Source: a virus (lineage: Duplodnaviria; Caudoviricetes). From it: a stretch of 64,000 nt of DNA. Position 1 is the stretch's first letter; every line of letters begins with the position of its first letter. The position numbers and the translations under genes are program-made. This document shows, piece after piece, positions 16,415 through 26,224 of this stretch. The stretch covers positions 731 to 64,730 of IMG/VR virus record IMGVR_UViG_3300030101_003968; one strand, 5' to 3'. The notes below the pieces were generated by a model. That model was given only the letters and a program-made list of their open reading frames with translations. It made no database searches and was not told the DNA's origin.

Positions 16415-17469
16415 TGTCTGTGGAGTTTACCCTTCAGAAGAAAAAGAATGTGACCTTCAGTAAGAAAAGCGGAGAGTCAGAGACTCTTTCGGCAACTATT
16501 TTGGGGGGTACCTCTGTGAACTTTTCTATTACTGATCCAGAATCCTTTGACGAGGGCACCACTGGAGATTCAGTTGAGCTGAGTGACATTGTTAAAAACA
16601 TAGACATCAGATTTGTTGCATCTACTACTGGTCTTTCAAACGGGGACGTAGTTCAAACATGGCTAAACAGCGGAAAAGAAACGGGCAAGGATTTGTCTCA
16701 CCCAGAAAAACTTAATTTTAGATCCGATGTAGACAAGCCTATTTTTGACATAGGTAGTTCTAACAATCCATTTGTCAATGGTGCGGTTAAGTTTGTAGCT
16801 GACGCCACCAGTGATACTCACGAATCTAAGTTTCTTCACTTTGGAGGAACCGCCGAAGACGGCAGCAACGGAGAAAGATTGACGATTAGTGGCGAGTTTA
16901 CAATGTATGCGGTGTTCTCTTTTGACAAATCTGTGCTTAAGGCCGCAATGTCTCCCCTTTGGGTCTACAGCACTATTAGAGAAACAACAAATCCAGTTTT
17001 TGAAGTTCTTTCGAGCGGAGGTGTCTTAAGAGTAAGGGTAAGAGGTAACAATCAAATATCTTCGGATCTCGATTCAATTATTGACGTGGCTACTACTGGT
17101 GATGTTCAATCTAATATGACCACGGGTAATGGCGAATTGGTAGTCGTTGTTATTTCCAGGGATTCAAGCGGCAACTTATTATGTCATGACTTTAATGCTA
17201 AGGCATTTGTAAACGAAAAAAAGAGCATCGGTAGAATTAACAGTGACACACGCGAGGACATCTTTATAGACAGCTTTGGACCCAAGTGTGAAGTCAGAGA
17301 CACTACTCAGGACCTTGGTGCGGCGGCAACGGATCCTGCTTCAGTTGCTCAAATTGCAGATGGGGATGCGGTGTATTTGGCAGAGTGGGGATTGTTTAGA
17401 AAAGCCATTGATGGTCAGAAGTCAGCAGCCCTTTCCAGGCTCCTTAAGAGTAAATATGAAATTACGTAA
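16414..17469 (+). CDS. ConA/LamG-like structural protein
   Basis: 351 aa; FTMYAVF...YLAEWGLF...LKSKY. Confidence 0.5.
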   Translation: MSVEFTLQKKKNVTFSKKSGESETLSATILGGTSVNFSITDPESFDEGTTGDSVELSDIVKNIDIRFVASTTGLSNGDVVQTWLNSGKETGKDLSHPEKLNFRSDVDKPIFDIGSSNNPFVNGAVKFVADATSDTHESKFLHFGGTAEDGSNGERLTISGEFTMYAVFSFDKSVLKAAMSPLWVYSTIRETTNPVFEVLSSGGVLRVRVRGNNQISSDLDSIIDVATTGDVQSNMTTGNGELVVVVISRDSSGNLLCHDFNAKAFVNEKKSIGRINSDTREDIFIDSFGPKCEVRDTTQDLGAAATDPASVAQIADGDAVYLAEWGLFRKAIDGQKSAALSRLLKSKYEIT

Positions 17470-17478
17470 ATTTGTCTC

Positions 17479-17781
17479 ATGCACTGTATGAAGAACAATA
17501 ATGCGTCTAACACTCCTAGAACCGCAAAAAAGGGCGGAAGGGTCAAAAAGAAAAGCGTAAAGCTTAGAATGGGCAAGCACAAGTCTCGCACTGGTGGCTT
17601 GACCAAGGCTGGCCGAGAGAAGTATAACAGGGAGACAGGCGCTAACCTCAAGGCACCACAGCCAGGAGGCGGTGCAAGAAAAAGATCTTTCTGCGCTCGA
17701 ATGAAGGGCGTAAAAGGTCCTATGAGAAAAAACGGGAAGCCTACACGTAAGGCTCTTGCCCTTAGAAAATGGAAATGCTAA
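17479..17781 (+). CDS. basic phage protein (DUF6321-like)
   Basis: GGLTKAGREKYNRETGANLKAP...RKRSFCARM...ALRKWKC; TAAATTTG box 4 nt before ATG. Confidence 0.7.
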   Translation: MHCMKNNNASNTPRTAKKGGRVKKKSVKLRMGKHKSRTGGLTKAGREKYNRETGANLKAPQPGGGARKRSFCARMKGVKGPMRKNGKPTRKALALRKWKC

Positions 17782-17793
17782 AAACAACATAAA

Positions 17794-18048
17794 ATGCCAC
17801 AAGGACCAGGTACATACGGTAATAAAGTAGGTAGACCCGCTGAAGCAAGAAAGGGAATGAAGGTTATCAAAAACCCAAAGGTAAAGGGGGTTTCAACTGA
17901 AGGCCTAACAAAAAGACAGGCCGACACCCTGAAAAGACACTCAAAGCATCACACTTCAAAGCACATAAAGGCCATGGTAAATGCTATGCTTAAGGGTTCT
18001 ACTTTTTCTCAATCTCACAAAAAGGCTCAAAAGTCTGTCGGGTCGTGA
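17794..18048 (+). CDS. small basic phage protein
   Basis: MPQGPGTYG...LKRHSKHHT.KH...G.TFSQSHK.A. Confidence 0.7.
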   Translation: MPQGPGTYGNKVGRPAEARKGMKVIKNPKVKGVSTEGLTKRQADTLKRHSKHHTSKHIKAMVNAMLKGSTFSQSHKKAQKSVGS

Positions 18049-18266
18049 GAGCAACAAAGAGGTGCCCTAAGACGGGAGAGAATAAGTGCTCATGCCGTGT
18101 TCAACCGATGAGCATGAATAAAGGCGGCAAGACCAGAAAAGACGCTTGCTATCACAAGGTAAAGGCTAGATACAGAGTGTGGCCTTCTGCATACGCCTCT
18201 GGCGCTGTGGCCAAGTGTCGAAAAGTCGGTGCTAAGAACTGGGGCAACAAGGGCAAAAAGAAGTAA
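18045..18266 (+). CDS. small basic phage protein
   Basis: KDACYHKVKARYRVWPSAYASGAVAKCRK. Confidence 0.7.
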   Translation: MRATKRCPKTGENKCSCRVQPMSMNKGGKTRKDACYHKVKARYRVWPSAYASGAVAKCRKVGAKNWGNKGKKK

Positions 18267-18520
18267 TGGCAGTTAGGAAAACAGCAAAGGGGCTTGCCCT
18301 CAAGCGCTGGTTCAAGGAAGACTGGCGTACACCACGCGGCAAGAAAGGATATAGCGGAAGCGACAGAACCTTTCGCCCCACGAAAAGAGTTTCTTCTAAA
18401 ACACCCGCTACATGGTCTGAGCTGACCCCTGCTCAAAAAGCTAGGGCAGCAAAGGAAAAGAAGACAAAAGGAAGAGTGTCAAGGTATAAGCCAAAGCTTA
18501 GAAAGAAGAAAAAGAAATAA
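18266..18520 (+). CDS. small basic phage protein (DUF5872-like)
   Basis: LKRWFKEDW...RPTKRVSSKTP.T.SEL. Confidence 0.7.
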   Translation: MAVRKTAKGLALKRWFKEDWRTPRGKKGYSGSDRTFRPTKRVSSKTPATWSELTPAQKARAAKEKKTKGRVSRYKPKLRKKKKK

Positions 18521-18551
18521 CACTTATATTTGCAAAAACTACCAAACAAAA

Positions 18552-18971
18552 ATGGCAACTACAACTGCAACTATTACGCTCTCTAGCTCAGATTTGACTG
18601 GCGATGCGTTGTCTCTCTCAACCTCAGCTACGCTGACCAAGGCTGACTCTGTGACTGGTCTCGATCAGACCACAGGCGTTTCTCGCAAAATCTTTACATC
18701 AACGTCACTCGTTAACATTTACGAGGGCAGTGAATACACAGCTGCAAAGGCTCACAAGATTTACTTGAGAAACCCAAGCACTGTGGCTACGGAGTTCTTT
18801 ACCATTTCTATCGGTGACAGCGGAGGTACACCCGAGGAAATTGGAAGACTATACGCTGGAGACTGGATGTTCATGCCCTGGAGTGCTCACGATGCCAATA
18901 ACGACATCTGCGTTACTCCCAGCGTTGCAACCGCTATGACTCTTGAGTACTTGCTCATCTTCGAAGCCTAA
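18552..18971 (+). CDS. putative capsid-associated structural protein
   Basis: 139 aa; TATATTTG box at 18525-18532. Confidence 0.65.
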   Translation: MATTTATITLSSSDLTGDALSLSTSATLTKADSVTGLDQTTGVSRKIFTSTSLVNIYEGSEYTAAKAHKIYLRNPSTVATEFFTISIGDSGGTPEEIGRLYAGDWMFMPWSAHDANNDICVTPSVATAMTLEYLLIFEA

Positions 18972-19381
18972 TGGGTAGCGTAAGAGTAAATATCAGATTA
19001 TCATCTACTGACGTTCTTGCCACGTCTGTTGACATAAACTCGTCTAATACCGTAAACGCGGATAGCGGAAACATCAACAGACTTAAGGTTCTTGCTACGG
19101 CCAAGGGGGACGCTTCCGTCCAAACAATTCACAAAGCAAATGAAAAGCTAAATAGAGCATACTTGTACGTGAAAAACCTTGGCAACGAAACAGAAAAGTT
19201 TGCATACGTTTTCGCTGATACATCATCAGACGATCCAATTATTGCAAAGCTTGGAGGTGGGGAGTTTTGTTTTGTTCCAGTAGAGCCAGCGACAACCTTG
19301 AAGATTTTCGCTACAGATGTTGATCAAGTCGTTGAGTATGCAGTGTTTGGTCTGGATAGCTCAGCAGTTAGATACTCATAA
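18971..19381 (+). CDS. putative structural protein, paralog of previous gene
   Basis: I.LSS.D...Y..N...I.KLGGGEF.F.P...EY pattern shared with 18552..18971. Confidence 0.65.
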   Translation: MGSVRVNIRLSSTDVLATSVDINSSNTVNADSGNINRLKVLATAKGDASVQTIHKANEKLNRAYLYVKNLGNETEKFAYVFADTSSDDPIIAKLGGGEFCFVPVEPATTLKIFATDVDQVVEYAVFGLDSSAVRYS

Positions 19382-19391
19382 TTCATAAGAC

Positions 19392-19760
19392 ATGGCAAAA
19401 CTTACAAATACCAGCAACTTCAATAACGCAGCCTTTGGCCAGTATGGTAGCACGTACAGCAACACCATCGGCGAGTCGGTTCAGCCGCCTGCGGGCAGAG
19501 TTATTGTGGCCATTACGTTTCTTGAGGACTTGAAGCTCGACGAACTCACTGCTGAACATGAAGCCACGAGAGTCAACAATGATATTTCGTTCAACCACAC
19601 CAACGAAGGTGCGGCATTGGCAGCAGCAAATGGTGAGCCGATTGGAACTGGAACTACCTTTCCTAAGGGCTTGACCATTTACGGAAGATGGACTGCAGTT
19701 AGTTTGCAGACCGCAGGAACGACGGCAGGTATCATCTGCTACTTCGCTCCTGAACACTAA
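19392..19760 (+). CDS. putative structural protein
   Basis: FGQYGS...AITFLED...TFPKGLTIYGRWT. Confidence 0.65.
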   Translation: MAKLTNTSNFNNAAFGQYGSTYSNTIGESVQPPAGRVIVAITFLEDLKLDELTAEHEATRVNNDISFNHTNEGAALAAANGEPIGTGTTFPKGLTIYGRWTAVSLQTAGTTAGIICYFAPEH

Positions 19761-19780
19761 GAAAAAAAACAATTTAATTT

Positions 19781-20911
19781 ATGGAAAACGAAAACATTAC
19801 TACCGAAGCTCCTCAGGTGGAGCAACCACAAGTAGAACAACCTCAAGTTGAAGCTCCTCAAGTTGAACAAACTCAGGAGTCTCAGCCAGAAGTACAGTTC
19901 TTTGACAACGCGGAAGACTTTGCTAAGTCCATGCAGCAGACTCAGGCCCAGCCTGATCAGCCACAGGAAACACAATACGTAGATCCTGAGGCCGCACCTG
20001 CTGAACCGACTCCACAGCAAGGTCAGCCGCAATACACGAATCAACAAGTCGAAGAGGCTATGTTCGGATACCTCAGCGAAAGGCTGGGTAGAGACATTAA
20101 CTCTTTCGACGATTTGACATACATGGAGCAAGAAGCTCCACAACTGGACGAAAGAATTCAGAAAATCTCTCAGTTCGTACAAGACACAGGGCGATCTCCA
20201 GAGGACTATTTGGCTTATCAGAAAATGGACCCCTCTAACATGGATGATATGTCTGTGCTTCTTGTCAACACTTCGTTTGAATATCCAAATCTTTCAAATG
20301 AAGAGGTAAGACTTTTGGTAAGCAGCAAATACAAGACTGACCCAGAAGTTTATTCTGAGCAAGAGGTTCAAATCTCTAGACTCCAGATGAAGGTCGATGC
20401 TGAAACGGCTCGCAAGAGTATTGATGAAGTTCGGGAAACGTACCGAGCGCCAATGCAAGAGCAGGCTGATTCAGAGGAGTCCTTTATTGATGACGAATGG
20501 TTGGCTAACATGCGACGCGAAACATCCGCGCTTACGGGATTGGAGTTCGATCTCGGAAACGGAAGCAGTTTTCAGTTCGGTTTGGACGACAACTATCGGA
20601 ATCAACTAATTCAGAAGAATGCTCAAATTGAGGATTACTTCGACCCTTACGTCAGTGAAGACGGTACATGGGATTACGACAAGCTTAATTCACACAGAGC
20701 TGTGGTAGACAACATTGATCAGATCGTTGCCAACGCATACCGACAGGGTATCAGCGACGGTCAAAGAAACGTTGTTACCAAGGTCGCTAATTCTAGTGTT
20801 GAGTCTCCACAGACAAACCCAAATCAAAACCCCGTTGACCCAATCAACGAACAGCTCAAAGGAGTAATCGGAAGCATGGGTCGCGGACTTTCTTTCAATC
20901 CTAGAATCTAA
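19781..20911 (+). CDS. putative capsid scaffolding protein
   Basis: Acidic helical 376 aa directly upstream of MCP; N-terminal (E[AQ]PQV)n repeats. Confidence 0.65.
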   Translation: MENENITTEAPQVEQPQVEQPQVEAPQVEQTQESQPEVQFFDNAEDFAKSMQQTQAQPDQPQETQYVDPEAAPAEPTPQQGQPQYTNQQVEEAMFGYLSERLGRDINSFDDLTYMEQEAPQLDERIQKISQFVQDTGRSPEDYLAYQKMDPSNMDDMSVLLVNTSFEYPNLSNEEVRLLVSSKYKTDPEVYSEQEVQISRLQMKVDAETARKSIDEVRETYRAPMQEQADSEESFIDDEWLANMRRETSALTGLEFDLGNGSSFQFGLDDNYRNQLIQKNAQIEDYFDPYVSEDGTWDYDKLNSHRAVVDNIDQIVANAYRQGISDGQRNVVTKVANSSVESPQTNPNQNPVDPINEQLKGVIGSMGRGLSFNPRI

Positions 20912-20916
20912 AAATT

Positions 20917-22359
20917 ATGTCTTTAGTAAATCAGGTAGACGGTGGTTCTACCACTTCAGGCGGATCATTTGATCCGTCATCCAATTCGTTTATTACGAAC
21001 GCATCCACCACGGCCCCAAATTTCAGACCATCACCCGAGAAGTACGATACTATTGGTAATCTCATTGGTGAATACGCTAAGCCTGATATTCGCGAGCAAC
21101 TCGTCAAGACTTACGGTGATCAAGGTATCACTGGTTTCTTGAAGTTGACTGGCGCCATCAACGCTGCAGCTACTCAAGACGAAGTTACTTACTTCGAAGA
21201 GGGTAGACGTCACCACTTGCTTGACCCAGCTAACACTGTTGCAAACTCTTCAGGTGTTTGTGATAACGTTACTTTTGCGGTTGGTGATGGCCCACAGTTG
21301 CACGATGTCTTGTTGGACGTTAGCACTGGTCAAAAGTTCCTCGTTGTTCTCGTTGACGTAGACAACACAGCAGGCGGCACTCCTCAGGTTCACATGGAGA
21401 CTTTGGACGGCAACACTTCTAACGGCGTTACTGCCAACACTAAGTTTGTTGTTCTCGGAAACATGTACCCACAGGGAAGTGAGCAGCCCAAGGAGTACTC
21501 TGAGCCAGGATTGGTGAAGCGTATTAACCCATTCATGATCATCAAGGATCGCTACCAGGTTACTGGTTCTGCCGCAACCAACGTCGGTTACGTGAACCTC
21601 GGAGGTGGTGACTACAGATGGTACATCAAGGGTGAGCAAGAGGCTCGCGCTAAGTTTGAGGACAAGAGAGAGATGATGATGCTCTTCGCGGAAGAAAATA
21701 AAATCGCAACTACGGCTGACCGCGTTGCTACTGGTTCCGAGGGATACTTCGCTGCCATTGCAAACAGAGGTATCACTAAGAGTGGTTTGTCTACCTCTCC
21801 ATTCTCTGCTATGTCTGACATCGACGACATCATCAAGGAGTTGGACAAGGAGGGAGCTCCTGCTGAGTACGCTATGTACCTCAACAGAACTCAGGACTTG
21901 GCTATCGACGACTTGCTCGCAAACGGTATCGCCACTCAGGTGACTGCTGGTTTGGCTGGTCAGTTCGGTGCATTCAACAACTCTGCTGATATGGCTGTTG
22001 AGCTCGGATTTAAGAGCTTTACTCGCGGTGGCTACACTTTCCACAAGCATGACTGGAGATTGTTGAACGATCCTACTTTGTTGGGTGCTATGTCAGGCAC
22101 TGGTTCTTTCCAGGGGGCTATGGTTCCAATGACGCAAGTTGTTGATCCTCAGTCTGGCGCTAAGGCTCCTGCTTTGGAAATGAACTACAAGGCTTCTAAC
22201 GGTTACAGCCGTGAAATGGAGCACTGGGTGTCTGGTGGTGGTGTTCTCGGTTTCAACAATAACGGAGACCTCGGTAAGGACGTTGCTACGTTCCACTACC
22301 GCTCTGAGATTAACTTGATCACGAGAGCTGCCAACCAGCACGTTGCGCTCAAGGGATAA
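20917..22359 (+). CDS. major capsid protein
   Basis: 480 aa; strongly biased codon usage; GF..F.RG.Y.FHKHDW..LNDPT; followed by terminator. Confidence 0.85.
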   Translation: MSLVNQVDGGSTTSGGSFDPSSNSFITNASTTAPNFRPSPEKYDTIGNLIGEYAKPDIREQLVKTYGDQGITGFLKLTGAINAAATQDEVTYFEEGRRHHLLDPANTVANSSGVCDNVTFAVGDGPQLHDVLLDVSTGQKFLVVLVDVDNTAGGTPQVHMETLDGNTSNGVTANTKFVVLGNMYPQGSEQPKEYSEPGLVKRINPFMIIKDRYQVTGSAATNVGYVNLGGGDYRWYIKGEQEARAKFEDKREMMMLFAEENKIATTADRVATGSEGYFAAIANRGITKSGLSTSPFSAMSDIDDIIKELDKEGAPAEYAMYLNRTQDLAIDDLLANGIATQVTAGLAGQFGAFNNSADMAVELGFKSFTRGGYTFHKHDWRLLNDPTLLGAMSGTGSFQGAMVPMTQVVDPQSGAKAPALEMNYKASNGYSREMEHWVSGGGVLGFNNNGDLGKDVATFHYRSEINLITRAANQHVALKG

Positions 22360-22374
22360 TTAACCTGAAGTAAT

Positions 22375-22400
22375 GAGTGAGGGCCTTCGGGCCCTCGCTC
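22375..22400 (+). terminator. stem-loop after MCP
   Basis: gagtgagggcc-ttcg-ggccctcgctc (UUCG loop; weak U-tract). Confidence 0.65.
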
Positions 22401-22422
22401 TGATCTTCATAATCTTTGAATT

Positions 22423-22791
22423 ATGGGACTAGTAAATACTGAAAGAGAAAATCATGTTTTCCCCCTGTACCTTAAGGCACCTGCGGTAGAACTTAATGAT
22501 GATTCAACTCCTGCGTTGCCTCTTGACACCAGCCTTATTGTTTTTGATATTGACAGTGGCGGAACTCAGTCTTTCACACTTGCTGATGGGACTATTCCAG
22601 GTCAAATCTTGACGATGATTATGGAAGGCGGAACCTCGTCTAACGACGTTGTTGTAACGATTGCCACGTATGTTTTTGCTGACTTTGTAAAAGTTAAGCT
22701 TGACCTTACAGACGAATCTTGCACGCTGATCTGGAATGGTGAGGCTTGGGCCCCACTTGCACTTGGTGTTGGTGAGCTCGACGCATCGTAA
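22423..22791 (+). CDS. hypothetical structural protein
   Basis: TLADGTIPGQ...CTLIWNGEAW; similar to 52390..52776. Confidence 0.65.
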   Translation: MGLVNTERENHVFPLYLKAPAVELNDDSTPALPLDTSLIVFDIDSGGTQSFTLADGTIPGQILTMIMEGGTSSNDVVVTIATYVFADFVKVKLDLTDESCTLIWNGEAWAPLALGVGELDAS

Positions 22792-22806
22792 TCTAAATCG
22801 GTAACT

Positions 22807-22836
22807 GAGGGGGAGGAAACGGCCTCCCTCTCTTTT
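22807..22836 (+). terminator. intrinsic terminator
   Basis: gagggggagg-aaacgg-cctccctctc-tttt. Confidence 0.65.
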
Positions 22837-22850
22837 ACTATCTTTGCAGG

Positions 22851-23690
22851 GTGAAGCAATTTCTATTCATCAAGTCGGCTACAGAGTCTATCTCTATACC
22901 GTCGTCGGCTCTACTTCAAATAGAGTATACAAGCACAACATCTGTCAGCCTTTCTTTTAGAACAACAAAGGCGGGCAAGGGGGCCACAACAGTTGTGGTC
23001 CTGTCAGTAACCTCTGGCAAATCAAATGACGTAATTGCCAGAATAAATGGATTGGTTTCTGGAAACAACAATGTCCTTTCATTTAACGACGTAACAGATG
23101 TTTTTCCCGACGCTAACATTACGGGTGTATCGTCTATTACAACAACAGCAGACCCAAGTTCTTCAGCGGGGCCAACAGGAGCTACAGGAGCTACAGGAGC
23201 CACGGGGCCCACAGGGGCAACTGGTCCAGCAGGCCCCTTGTTTGGATCAATTACATGTGGATTTTTTGACGACATAGGAACCAGCACCCACTACCTTCCC
23301 CTAAACGGACCCCCAACAGAGACCACTTCAGACAACAACTCATTTACGGACTGGCTTTGCCCATGCAACATTGTTGTGAAGAGCGTGCAGCTTAGATTTT
23401 CTAATTTGAGCGGAGCAGGAAATCTCACGGTGACCGTTGAGAAGGATGCCATTGGAAGTGGGGTAGACACAGATGTAGAGTCAGAAACGGTGGCTGTAAC
23501 GGCTACAGACGATCAGGACGTAGTCCACTTTTTGTTTGACAACGCAGCCCTTACAAAGGGTGAGAAGCTGAAGATCAAAATTACAGCTGATGCCGACGTA
23601 ACTGGTAGCTCAAACAACTTTGCTGTTGTCGTTTACGAAGCAGACTGGGACACTAGATACACGCAGTCAAGCGGGGTAATCAGTTCTTGA
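22851..23690 (+). CDS. fibre/decoration protein with short collagen-like repeat
   Basis: GPTGATGATGATGPTGATGPAGP; TATCTTTG box 4 nt before GTG. Confidence 0.7.
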   Translation: MKQFLFIKSATESISIPSSALLQIEYTSTTSVSLSFRTTKAGKGATTVVVLSVTSGKSNDVIARINGLVSGNNNVLSFNDVTDVFPDANITGVSSITTTADPSSSAGPTGATGATGATGPTGATGPAGPLFGSITCGFFDDIGTSTHYLPLNGPPTETTSDNNSFTDWLCPCNIVVKSVQLRFSNLSGAGNLTVTVEKDAIGSGVDTDVESETVAVTATDDQDVVHFLFDNAALTKGEKLKIKITADADVTGSSNNFAVVVYEADWDTRYTQSSGVISS

Positions 23691-23722
23691 TTATATTTGC
23701 ATAAGTTTTTAATTCTAATTCA

Positions 23723-24556
23723 ATGTCACAAACAACTAGACGGGCTCCTGGGCGCCCCAAAAAAGCTCAGACAGAGGCTAATGCTCTGCCAGCAACACCG
23801 CCTCCAACTAAGAAAAAGGTGTCGCTCAAAAGAAAGGAGCAAGACACTCATCTCGCAAGAGTTTACGAAATTCCAACTGGAGGGGGTATTGCGTTTATGA
23901 TTCCTCAAAGCGGAATAACTGTTTACGATTCTGAGATGGATTCAGTTAGAGAAATCAGATACTGCCCCAATGAACCATCTATTTGGGTTGACGAGCAAAG
24001 CCCTAACGCAAAAAGAGAATCTATCGTATTCAGGGACAGTAGAATTATTGTTCCGAGAGAAAAGCCAAACCTTAGAAATTTTCTGGACAAACATCCAGAC
24101 AACATTGCCAATGGAGGCTTGGTTTTTAAGCAAATGGATCAAGCAAAAGACGCTGAGGTTAAGCTCAGCGAAGAGATGAATCAATTTGAAGCGGTTGCAA
24201 TGCTTAGAAGCTCAGAGATAGAAGATCTTCTTGCTGTAGCCCTGTTTTTTAACGTCAACATTGACAGAAAAACCAGTGAGATAAAGTACGACCTTCTTCA
24301 GATTGCAAAAAAAACCCCATCTAAGTTTATCAACTCCTTCGATGACCCTGCGGTTAAAATGAAGGCCCTTGTGAGACAGGCAAAGGACTATCAGGTCATT
24401 AAGATTGCCAAGGATTCTGTTCGTTGGTTTGACTCTAACAGTTTGATTGTTTCTGTTCCCCACGGACAAAGTCCAGAGGACATCATGGTGAGATTCTTGC
24501 TCACAGAAAAAGGCTCGTCAGCAGTCGAAGATATCGAGAAGCAACTCGACCTCTAA
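23723..24556 (+). CDS. conserved phage protein of the capsid-tail module
   Basis: 277 aa; REIRYC.NEPSI.VDEQ...LRNFL..HP.N; TATATTTG box at 23692-23699. Confidence 0.7.
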   Translation: MSQTTRRAPGRPKKAQTEANALPATPPPTKKKVSLKRKEQDTHLARVYEIPTGGGIAFMIPQSGITVYDSEMDSVREIRYCPNEPSIWVDEQSPNAKRESIVFRDSRIIVPREKPNLRNFLDKHPDNIANGGLVFKQMDQAKDAEVKLSEEMNQFEAVAMLRSSEIEDLLAVALFFNVNIDRKTSEIKYDLLQIAKKTPSKFINSFDDPAVKMKALVRQAKDYQVIKIAKDSVRWFDSNSLIVSVPHGQSPEDIMVRFLLTEKGSSAVEDIEKQLDL

Positions 24557-24577
24557 GACCGATTCTATACCAAAACG

Positions 24578-24604
24578 AAGGGCCAGCCTAGTGCTGGCCT
24601 TTTT
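24578..24604 (+). terminator. intrinsic terminator
   Basis: gaagggccagc-ctagt-gctggcc-ttttt. Confidence 0.75.
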
Positions 24605-24629
24605 CGTATATTTGCCCAAACACCTAAGA

Positions 24630-25436
24630 ATGATCAGCATATCGCTAGTATATAACGCAGTTAAGGCCTTGGCCAATGAAGATCAAAAGGGTTTTGTGAA
24701 TCCGTACACGTTTAACGCTATGGCCTCTGTTGCCCAAATGAACGTGTACAACGAGATCATGAATGGCGCTTTCGAGGCTTCTAGATTTACCACCTCAAGG
24801 TCTGACGTTAGGGGCACAAGCTCTAAGTTAAACTCAAATAAGCAGCATAGAAGCTTTTATGTGTCTACCGATACGCTTATAAACGACTCACAAAATCAGT
24901 TTTTACTTCCCGTTGACTGCAACAAGGTTGTTTCTGTTTACAAAACAAACACTCTTTCTGAAGTTGGATCCTCAAACATTATACCTATTCCTATTTCTTT
25001 TGACTTTGAAAAATCTGGACTCTATAAAAGGGGCAGATATGCTTCTCTTGGGTCACCCACCAGCGACGACACTAAGTTTTTAAACCTGGCAGCATTTGTT
25101 TCTGGAAGAACGATAAAGGTGCCAAAATTAAGTGGCTCTGACGATATTACTATTGAATACTATAGATCTCCAGGTTCCTTTAATCCAAACGGAGTTTTGT
25201 CTTCTTTAAAGCCAGCTCTTTCGTTTGATGTAATTGACCTGCCCACTCTTGACGGCACTGTAAGCGAGTACGTTATAAACGATGCAGATTCTCAAAACTT
25301 TGATGTTCCACCTGCGTTTCTTAGTGAGGTTGTTAATGAGGTGGCCAAGCTCGTAGGAGTTCAACTTGAGGAGTCAATGGTATATCAGTATGGGGCAGTA
25401 GAAGAAGCTGGAAAAGAAACAAAACAAATTAACTAA
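24630..25436 (+). CDS. tail ring / head-tail connector protein
   Basis: VYNAV.ALAN.DQ.GF..P..FN..A..AQ N-terminus; position after capsid genes. Confidence 0.55.
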   Translation: MISISLVYNAVKALANEDQKGFVNPYTFNAMASVAQMNVYNEIMNGAFEASRFTTSRSDVRGTSSKLNSNKQHRSFYVSTDTLINDSQNQFLLPVDCNKVVSVYKTNTLSEVGSSNIIPIPISFDFEKSGLYKRGRYASLGSPTSDDTKFLNLAAFVSGRTIKVPKLSGSDDITIEYYRSPGSFNPNGVLSSLKPALSFDVIDLPTLDGTVSEYVINDADSQNFDVPPAFLSEVVNEVAKLVGVQLEESMVYQYGAVEEAGKETKQIN

Positions 25437-26224
25437 TGTCAAATAAGGGCAGAATAGCAATTTCAGACATCGTGCAGGACATTATGTTCTCAATAGAAGA
25501 CGATGATTTTTTGTCAAACACTTCGGAGGTTGTTGTAACAAACTACGCTAGAAGGGCACTTAAAGACATGGATTTTGACTTTGGTCAAAACATTAAGTCC
25601 AGCAAGCAAACTGTCAACACAGTAACGCAGACTGTAAACCTCCCTTCTGACTGTGTAGATATTGTAAAAATTGGTGTTGTAGGATCTGACGGCATGGTGT
25701 ACGTTCTTGCAAATAACAAGAACATAAACTATTCCCATTCAGAACCCACGACTGGAGGCACGGACTCAGTTCCCGATAAAACGCCTACGGCCACCCCAGG
25801 TGGCTCTTCTGACTCAGAATTCAATCAGTTTATCTTTCACAACTATTTTGCCAATGGCACATACGGTCAGCTCTATGGGCTGGGTGGGGGACAGAGGTAC
25901 GGTGAGTATAGGGTTAATTGGGATCAACTAAGAATTGAGTTTTCTTCTACAAACAATCTAACCGAAGTTGTTCTTGAATACTTGACTGATAACTATCTAG
26001 ACGCAAGTCCATTTATACACACCTACGCAGAAGAGGCTCTTAGGGCCTACATCTATTACCGACTCATTGAGCGAAAGGCAAGTGTGCCTATGGGCGAGAA
26101 GCAAAGAGCAAGAAAGGAATACTACAACGAGCTTAGAAAAGCAAAGGCTAGACTGTCCTCCTTCACGAAAGAGGATGCTCTTCAGGTCATTAGAAAGAAT
26201 TTCAAGCAGTCTCCTAAATTATGA
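25436..26224 (+). CDS. tail ring / tubular protein
   Basis: LPSDCVDIVKI...VVLEYL.D...IH.YAEEAL.AYI.Y...AKARLS. Confidence 0.6.
   Translation: MSNKGRIAISDIVQDIMFSIEDDDFLSNTSEVVVTNYARRALKDMDFDFGQNIKSSKQTVNTVTQTVNLPSDCVDIVKIGVVGSDGMVYVLANNKNINYSHSEPTTGGTDSVPDKTPTATPGGSSDSEFNQFIFHNYFANGTYGQLYGLGGGQRYGEYRVNWDQLRIEFSSTNNLTEVVLEYLTDNYLDASPFIHTYAEEALRAYIYYRLIERKASVPMGEKQRARKEYYNELRKAKARLSSFTKEDALQVIRKNFKQSPKL

Noticed and set aside
19805-19870. 15-nt tandem repeats
   Set aside because: They encode E[AQ]PQV low-complexity linker of the scaffold protein.
21250-22050. 266-aa antisense ORF within the capsid gene (and similar ones at 37967-38554 and 44896-45639)
   Set aside because: Shadow ORFs expected from the codon bias of the sense gene.
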